The position numbers and the translations under genes are program-made. Shown piece after piece: positions 57,810-64,000 of a stretch of 64,000 nucleotides of DNA. Under the pieces are notes generated by a model, which worked only from the letters and a program-made list of their open reading frames with translations, made no database searches and was not told the DNA's origin. Location of the stretch: positions 11,653 to 75,652 of the IMG/VR virus record IMGVR_UViG_2588253903_000005; one strand, given 5' to 3'. How positions within the stretch are numbered: the stretch's first letter is position 1; each line of letters opens with the position of its first letter. The DNA comes from a virus. Its lineage: Duplodnaviria > Caudoviricetes.

Positions 57810-60800
57810 TTACAAATACAAGGATCTATACAATAAACCACATATTGATAAGCAGATGAAGATTATTGCGTGCGATTATGTTGGGTATGGTGCGCCAGAA
57901 AGCAAATATCCGGCAAAATTAGAATATGAGGGAAAAGTTTATCTGGATGCAGAAACAAATTATTATTACAAGTGCAGAAAATCAGGTATTTCCTATACCT
58001 GGGAAAAGGTTGAACATGAATATGAATTACTCGCATTCAAAAACAGCGACATAGACTGGGAAAATTTTGAACTGTCGGAAAGTCTTTGCTCTGAATCAGA
58101 ACTCCGTTTTGGATGCTGTGAAGCAAGCGTCCTGAAATTCAGGATACATAATACGTTTGTTTCCTTAAAAGACAAATGGGTGACAGCTACAGAAGTTTTG
58201 GAAGGACATTCAGATTCTCCATTCCAATTTGGAAGATATAAAGTATTTTCGGATGTACCGACGGCGGATAGGCTATACCGAGATGTGACAGCTTACGATG
58301 CCATGTACGACATCATCAATTCCAGTGCGATTAACTGGTATAACACAATCCTTCCCGAAAGAAACAGTAAAGTCACAATGCGCCAGTTCCGTACAAGCTT
58401 TGTGAATTATTTTGGGCTGGAACAGGAAGAAATAACCCTTGTAAACGATGACATGATTGTTGAAAAAACAATCCAAGTAGAAGAAGGGGTGGAAATCGAA
58501 AACGAAACAGAGCATACAAGCATAATAAGGGAATCTTCGTTAAGCGGGAAAGACGTAATAACTGCAATCTGCGAGATTAACGGATGCTTCGGGCATGTTG
58601 GGCGCGATGGGAAATTCCATTATGTCTATTTGAAACAAGACATCATGGGCTTATACCCAAGCAACACATTATTCCCAGACCACGCGCCTTGGTATTTGAA
58701 GCAGTCAGAGACAGGGCATTTATACCCGCAAGACCCAAAATCCACAAGTCTGGGCACGGGAAAATATAAAAGCTGCCAATATGAGGATTTTATTTGCAGG
58801 AGGATAACAAGGCTGCAAATCAGGCAGGAAGAGAATGACATAGGGAAGATATGGCCGGAAGGGGAGAAAAAGCCAGACGACAACTGCTATATTATTGAGA
58901 ACAATTTCCTTGTCTATGGAAAATCTTCCGATGACTTGAAGGTGATAGCAAAAAACATATTCAACAAAATAACAGATATTGTGTATCGGCCTTTTTCTGC
59001 TGATTGTGTTGGAAATCCCTGTTTGGAGGTTGGAGACCCAGTAAGGCTTCCGACAAGATACGAACTTGTGGAATCCTACATTTTAAGCCGTGTATTAAAA
59101 GGTATACAAGGTCTTGGGGATTCGTACAGTGCAAATGGAACGGAAAAATATTCGGAGAAGTTAAATGGAATTCATAACTCCATTATACAATTAAAGTCCA
59201 AAGCAAACATACTGAAAAGGACGATAGAGGAGACGAGAAGCGAACTGATAGATTCAGATGCGGGGCTGAATTCTCTGATTTTGCAAACAGCGGGAGAGAT
59301 CAGGGCAGAAGTAAAAAACACAAAAGAGGGATTGGAATCTTCGATAAGCCAGACGGCAGAAAGCATAACAAGCACAGTTGCAAGAACAGAAAAAATATGG
59401 AGCGAGAAAGAAGAAGACGGAACACCAATCAATATAGGAAAATACGGGCTTGGTGCCCCTCCAAGGATAATGACGGCAGAAGAATATACACCAGGGCTTA
59501 AATACTTAGACCAGACAAGCGGGAAAGTATATGTTGCGATTAAGCATCACCCAATGGACAGGCCGCAATGGGTGGAGTGGAGAGAATACGCGCAACTTGA
59601 GCAGGTTAGCACAACTATAAGGACAGAAATAAAGCAGACAGCAGAAGGAATACGGCAAGAAGTTTCAGATTCAGAAAGAGGGCTTTCGTCAAGGATAGAG
59701 CAATCAGTGAAGGCTATAGATATGTCTGTTGTTAATGGATCTACTTCTGCAACCTTGAATCTTTCGGTAACAAAAGAAAATGGAAGCGTAATAACCGGGC
59801 AAGCAAAAGAGATAAAATTTTCTGGACTTGTCAGCTTTGAAAACCTTGCAGCAAATGACGGGAAAACAATAATAAATGGAGGAAATATTACAACCGGAAA
59901 TATAAATTGCGATAGGCTGAACGGAGGGAAAATCAAAGGGCAGACTTTTGAAGGAGGGAAAATAACCGGGGCAAATATAGAGGCAAAATCAGCTTATTAC
60001 ATAAGGGACCCGGATTTTGATGATAGGTATAGAGTTATTTACATTAAGTCTGACAGTACAAGCGATACTGAATTAAGGATTGGGAGGATATCGAAAAATG
60101 GGTATGAATCTGGGTATAATTATTTGGCTTTCAAAGAAAGTTCCCAAGACAGAAGTTGCCACATATACAGCGACTTAATGAGGGCTCATTGTGAATTACA
60201 GGCAACAAAATTGTATGCAAATCGATATTTGGATTTCACACAAGATTCTGGAGAAATGGGGGTTAGGGTAAATGTTAGCCACGAAGGGCTTGCGCATTAC
60301 ATAATCGGTTACAGGCAAGAAGATAGATTTACATTTGCCGGGGTTCCAGCATCGCAATACAGCGATTCTCCGACATCATTAAGGCTGCGAGGAAATTCCG
60401 TAGTTTTGAGTTCTGCTGGAAGCATAACCCCTTCTGATGAACGATTAAAAAATTCATTCAAGCCATTGGATGGATTTGATGAAGTGTATATGGAAATAGA
60501 TCCGTGCGCATTTAGATACAACAAAGGAACTTCTGGAAGATATCATTTCGGAGTAAAGGCAAAAAACGTTAAAGATGCGTTTGAGAAGCATGGATATACA
60601 ACGAAGGATTTCGGAGGGTTCGTGCAGATGTATGATAACCCAGAAAATGAGGATTACTGCGGCATAGAAGACCCTATGGGGATTATCTATACAGAGTTTG
60701 TCATGTGGAACACACATATGATCCAGAAGCTTTATAAAAAAATAGAAGAACAGCAGGAAGAGATAGATTCGTTAAAAGAATCTGTCTCTTTTTTAATGGG

Positions 60801-60822
60801 AAGGGTTGAAAATTATGAATAA
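57793..60822 (+). CDS. Tail-associated/baseplate hub protein with C-terminal peptidase S74 chaperone
   Basis: FGCCEAS, GNPCLEVGD; TPSDERLKNSFKPL...RYHFGVKAKNV. Confidence 0.85.
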   Translation: MFTVVDYKYKDLYNKPHIDKQMKIIACDYVGYGAPESKYPAKLEYEGKVYLDAETNYYYKCRKSGISYTWEKVEHEYELLAFKNSDIDWENFELSESLCSESELRFGCCEASVLKFRIHNTFVSLKDKWVTATEVLEGHSDSPFQFGRYKVFSDVPTADRLYRDVTAYDAMYDIINSSAINWYNTILPERNSKVTMRQFRTSFVNYFGLEQEEITLVNDDMIVEKTIQVEEGVEIENETEHTSIIRESSLSGKDVITAICEINGCFGHVGRDGKFHYVYLKQDIMGLYPSNTLFPDHAPWYLKQSETGHLYPQDPKSTSLGTGKYKSCQYEDFICRRITRLQIRQEENDIGKIWPEGEKKPDDNCYIIENNFLVYGKSSDDLKVIAKNIFNKITDIVYRPFSADCVGNPCLEVGDPVRLPTRYELVESYILSRVLKGIQGLGDSYSANGTEKYSEKLNGIHNSIIQLKSKANILKRTIEETRSELIDSDAGLNSLILQTAGEIRAEVKNTKEGLESSISQTAESITSTVARTEKIWSEKEEDGTPINIGKYGLGAPPRIMTAEEYTPGLKYLDQTSGKVYVAIKHHPMDRPQWVEWREYAQLEQVSTTIRTEIKQTAEGIRQEVSDSERGLSSRIEQSVKAIDMSVVNGSTSATLNLSVTKENGSVITGQAKEIKFSGLVSFENLAANDGKTIINGGNITTGNINCDRLNGGKIKGQTFEGGKITGANIEAKSAYYIRDPDFDDRYRVIYIKSDSTSDTELRIGRISKNGYESGYNYLAFKESSQDRSCHIYSDLMRAHCELQATKLYANRYLDFTQDSGEMGVRVNVSHEGLAHYIIGYRQEDRFTFAGVPASQYSDSPTSLRLRGNSVVLSSAGSITPSDERLKNSFKPLDGFDEVYMEIDPCAFRYNKGTSGRYHFGVKAKNVKDAFEKHGYTTKDFGGFVQMYDNPENEDYCGIEDPMGIIYTEFVMWNTHMIQKLYKKIEEQQEEIDSLKESVSFLMGRVENYE

Positions 60823-61972
60823 TGCGCATATGGATTTAATTTGGAAAAACTATCCAAGTGAAGAATCTCCAGTAAATGAAGAAAATTTAAACCGCATGGT
60901 ACGTTCAATCAATTTAACAGATGAAAATGTACATAATTTGGATTCAAACAAAGCAACAAAGGATGAAGTTGCGCCGTTAATAGCAGATGTTCAATTCGAT
61001 GAATCTACAGGAACATTTATATTTATAAGGAAAGATAGTGTCAGATATGAAGCTAGAATATGGGACACAAAACTTGAACAGCTTGTGGAAAATCTTGATT
61101 TCGATGAAGAAGCGCAAGAACTAATCATAATAAGGGCAGACGGGAAAAGAATACGAGTTGATGTTTCTGCGTTTGTGAAACCAAATGAATTTTTAAACAG
61201 TGATACGATTCTATTTTCCATTGAAAATGGAGGAAAGGTAAGGGCAATTGTTAAAGAGGGAAGTATCGAGGAAAAGCATCTGCGCCCAGACTATCTTGCG
61301 GATATCAGGGTGGAACAGGGGAAGGCACAGCTAAGCGCAGTGAAATCAGAAGAATTCGCAAAACTGTCCGAAAGCTATGCGCATGGAGGAACCGGGGTGA
61401 GGGAAGGGGAAGATGCGGATAATGCAATGGAGTATGCCAGACAGGCAAAGGAGAGCGCGGACAGGGCAAATAATATAGTTTCTGGCGGACTTGTAACCGG
61501 AGTAAAAGGGTATAATGAAGACCTGTACAGAACCGGGGATGTAAGCCTAGGAATGCACGATATATTGCCCCGGAATTCTGTAAATTTATCAGATGTCCCA
61601 GTGGACAATTCCTGGCATGACATAGAGATTGAGGGTATTTTGGAAGGGATAAATATAGTTAAGGCGATCGTATGGGTTAAACGTAGAGAGGAAATATACT
61701 TTGGGATATATACAGGTATGTTTAATTGGTATAGGCAAAAAACGGAAATTTCTGATTTTACAGAAGAAATACCACTTGATTTTTCTGGTGACATGTATGT
61801 GCCACCAAGTCAAGGAACTACTACTTGGCCTGCTTCAAGGTTTTACTTGAGGAAAGCATGGGGAAAAGACAAATTCCCTTCTTTGCAATTATCAATTGCC
61901 AGAGGAATGCCTGGCTTAAGTGCAAGGGTTGAACTTACAATTATTAACCTGCTTTCGTTTTTACACATATAG
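60815..61972 (+). CDS. Minor tail/fibre protein
   Basis: WKNYPSEESPVNEENLN, SESYAHGGTGVREGEDADNA, VTGVKG motifs. Confidence 0.65.
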   Translation: MNNAHMDLIWKNYPSEESPVNEENLNRMVRSINLTDENVHNLDSNKATKDEVAPLIADVQFDESTGTFIFIRKDSVRYEARIWDTKLEQLVENLDFDEEAQELIIIRADGKRIRVDVSAFVKPNEFLNSDTILFSIENGGKVRAIVKEGSIEEKHLRPDYLADIRVEQGKAQLSAVKSEEFAKLSESYAHGGTGVREGEDADNAMEYARQAKESADRANNIVSGGLVTGVKGYNEDLYRTGDVSLGMHDILPRNSVNLSDVPVDNSWHDIEIEGILEGINIVKAIVWVKRREEIYFGIYTGMFNWYRQKTEISDFTEEIPLDFSGDMYVPPSQGTTTWPASRFYLRKAWGKDKFPSLQLSIARGMPGLSARVELTIINLLSFLHI

Positions 61973-62005
61973 TATTTTGCAAAATTTAAAGTAAAGGAGA
62001 AATGT

Positions 62006-62953
62006 ATGGATTTAAAGGATATCATAAACGGGACATGCCGGAAAGCCATCAATGATGAAAGAGGCAATAACATATTAGAAACATACCAGAAAAAACTTGG
62101 GATTGGGGAATTCATAGGGAACATTGACTTGATAAGTAAAAATAGTGTATGCCTGTGCTGGAGTATCAAATGTGAAGGAACTTTCCCGCTTGACAATATG
62201 GTTTGTATTTTAAAAACAGAAAATTATGAAGAAGCAGGGGATACGCAAGCATTTGTATTTCAGACAGCATTGCCAGTTGATGGGAAAAATGAAGGGAGAT
62301 GCTTCATAAGGAAAAAAAATCTGGTAGGAGATGAAGTTTCAGCTTCAGATTGGCATGAAATCCCATCTGATGCGACGATTAACAAATTTGAAATAAATTT
62401 TGACAGTGAAGACGATGAAAACCCAGTAGCATGGACATCCATGCGGAAAATAGTCAGCGGGAAGATAAAAGACTTATTTGGGAATGTTTCCATCATGGCT
62501 AAAAATATCCGGTGGCTTTATAAAATGCTTGGGACAACCGATATCGCAAGCATTGGCGGCGGGACGCTGACAGGGGCAATTAGTAAGCTAAACACCGATT
62601 TCCTGAAGGCGAATGAGGTTAAGTACCTTGAGATGCCACAGCCCCCAACCAATGGCATGTTCGTTAGCTTTTCCCACTGGGTATTCCATGTCACTAAAGT
62701 CGGGAGGGTGGTGACAATAACGACAAATTTTGCAGGGCATATGAAAGCATCATGGGACAACCAATTATTATTAACCCTCCCAGCAGAATATTCCCCATAT
62801 GACTGGTATGAGATATTTCCCCATATTACGCAAGGTGGCAATACTATCTTAGTTGGCATTTCACATGACGGGAGTGTAGAGTTCAACAGCCTTGGGAAGG
62901 AAATAGATGATTGGTTAGCCAGGTGGTGCATCACATATATAGCTAGGGAATAG
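62006..62953 (+). CDS. Tail fibre / receptor-binding protein, currently expressed C-terminal variant A
   Basis: TTDIASIGGGTLTGAISKLNTD junction followed by a beta-rich tip. Confidence 0.8.
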   Translation: MDLKDIINGTCRKAINDERGNNILETYQKKLGIGEFIGNIDLISKNSVCLCWSIKCEGTFPLDNMVCILKTENYEEAGDTQAFVFQTALPVDGKNEGRCFIRKKNLVGDEVSASDWHEIPSDATINKFEINFDSEDDENPVAWTSMRKIVSGKIKDLFGNVSIMAKNIRWLYKMLGTTDIASIGGGTLTGAISKLNTDFLKANEVKYLEMPQPPTNGMFVSFSHWVFHVTKVGRVVTITTNFAGHMKASWDNQLLLTLPAEYSPYDWYEIFPHITQGGNTILVGISHDGSVEFNSLGKEIDDWLARWCITYIARE

Positions 62954-63310
62954 CCATGCCGCATCCCGGCAATTTTATTTCAAGGGGTAGATGATTACAA
63001 ATATTTCAGCATAATCCAACGGCGTCTTGAAAAATATGTCCATTTTTCCACTAGCCCTCATGCAGATTGAGCTCATTTTACCAATATCTTCGTATGATGC
63101 ATTATATGATGGGATCCCCCTCATATCTGTTCTGGGCGCATAGGGGGCTGAAATTTTTGCAATTTGGGTCACCATTTCTGTCGTCCCAGCAGGTGCCCTC
63201 CCAGTTATCCAGACAATACCATTTTTTACATATGCGCTATCAAAGGTTGTCCCTTCTTTGAGTATAGTAATTTCATTCTTGATATCTTTATAGGACAAAT
63301 CGGTGTTTAG
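62588..63310. mobile_element. Invertible tail-fibre cassette bounded by 14-bp inverted repeats
   Basis: CTAAACACCGATTT at 62588-62601 (+) and 63297-63310 (-); inversion fuses the alternative ORF in frame. Confidence 0.85.
62975..63310 (-). CDS. Silent alternative tail-fibre C-terminus (variant B)
   Basis: Reads LNTDLSYKDIKNEITILKEG...IYPLK* from the repeat; no RBS or promoter of its own. Confidence 0.8.
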   Translation of the reverse strand, partial: LNTDLSYKDIKNEITILKEGTTFDSAYVKNGIVWITGRAPAGTTEMVTQIAKISAPYAPRTDMRGIPSYNASYEDIGKMSSICMRASGKMDIFFKTPLDYAEIFVIIYPLK

Positions 63311-63440
63311 TGAACAGAATAAAAATGGTACAACTGGATTCGGAAAATATTCTATAATTAAGAAAAAGAAAGAAGTAAAGATAAAAAAACAAAATTTTAT
63401 TGCATTTAAAAATATGGTTAAAATAAGTTGTTCTTTATTT

Positions 63441-63482
63441 CACGAACCGCATACCTTATTTTAAATATGCGGTTCGTGTTTT
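63441..63482. terminator. Perfect 13-bp hairpin
   Basis: CACGAACCGCATA/TATGCGGTTCGTG. Confidence 0.65.
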
Positions 63483-63544
63483 CCGTTGTTTCTGGAATTT
63501 ATTTTAGCATTTCAATAATAAAATGAAAAGAAACGTCGAATACT

Positions 63545-63738
63545 ATTATTTTTGTTCGCCAAACAAAAATTTAAATTTTTGAATTTTACACATAGACAAA
63601 ATATTTTCTAATAACACTTCTAATCCTGCATAATCCGTATTACATAAGTCGAAAATTTCCTCATAGTGGATACCTGAATTTTCACAAATCTTAACGAGGG
63701 TATCAAAACGTATATTTGAAGCGTCTCCATTTTTAATT
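63545..63738 (-). pseudogene. C-terminal part of an XRE HTH gene cut by the IS
   Basis: IKNGDASNIRFDTLVKICENSGIHYEEIFDL...GEQK* begins exactly at the IS end; stop position approximate. Confidence 0.6.
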
Positions 63739-64000
63739 TGGATCTATGTCAATACTTTAGACAAAAAAAGTCGAAAGGTTATGCTGCTTTTTTAAGTTCC
63801 TCATCCTCCTTTTGTTGGGGTGTCATATAACCAATAGCACTGTGTATTCTTTTACGGTTATACCAGCCCTCTATGTATTCAAAGATTGCTCTGCGGGCTT
63901 CCGCTGAATCCTGATAGGTATGGAGATAGATTTCTTCCTTTTTCAGCACGGAATGGAATGACTCAATACAGGCATTGTCATATGGATTTCCCTTACGGCT
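63739..64000 (-). mobile_element. IS3-family element, right end (runs off the window)
   Basis: SRKGNPYDNACIESFHSVLKKE...YIEGWYNRKRIHSAIGYMTP (CDS ends 63779); terminal ...TTGACATAGATCCA. Confidence 0.9.

Noticed and set aside
57793-63310. Diversity-generating retroelement acting on tail fibres
   Set aside because: No reverse transcriptase ORF and no TR/VR pair differing at adenines; the variation is explained by inversion.
63310-63740. attR site of the prophage
   Set aside because: No matching repeat elsewhere in the window and the left boundary is not present, so it cannot be called.
1-64000. CRISPR array or cas genes
   Set aside because: No repeat-spacer array seen. The 42-bp scaffold repeats are contiguous and coding, and the 7-nt array has no spacers.

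Overview
Almost the whole window is a long-tailed (siphovirus-type) temperate phage, probably a prophage of a low-GC gut Firmicute (Lachnospiraceae/Clostridia-like; host is inferred from gene style). No attachment sites or left boundary were identified. Order of modules: (1) 0-9 kb: RHH and antirepressor cassettes, a leftward operon of tiny genes, a divergent regulatory switch and a putative small terminase. (2) 9-14.2 kb: a serine recombinase, a catalytically dead resolvase-like gene and an RNA-rich island with four tRNAs, a ~400-nt structured ncRNA and further tRNA-like elements. (3) 14-23.7 kb: replication initiator, ThyX-like protein, DUF3310, many small ORFs and RtcB. (4) 23.8-46.1 kb: TerL, portal, scaffold, capsid, neck and tail genes, with holin and endolysin interspersed, and the tape measure protein. 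(5) 46.3-57.2 kb: an accessory island of antirepressors, surface proteins, an FtsK-gamma/Mrr fusion, IS110, P63C and HNH. (6) 57.3-63.3 kb: distal tail genes and a tail fibre with an invertible C-terminus. The window ends in an XRE gene broken by an IS3-family element. The most striking unexplained item is the ncRNA at about 12060-12460, directly after a 213-aa helical protein gene. It has nested and pseudoknotted end pairing, a free Ser(UGA) anticodon stem-loop, a circularly permuted tRNA core capped by UUCG, and a 12-unit NNNAAAG heptamer array. All protein and RNA calls were made by eye from motifs; no database search or folding program was run.
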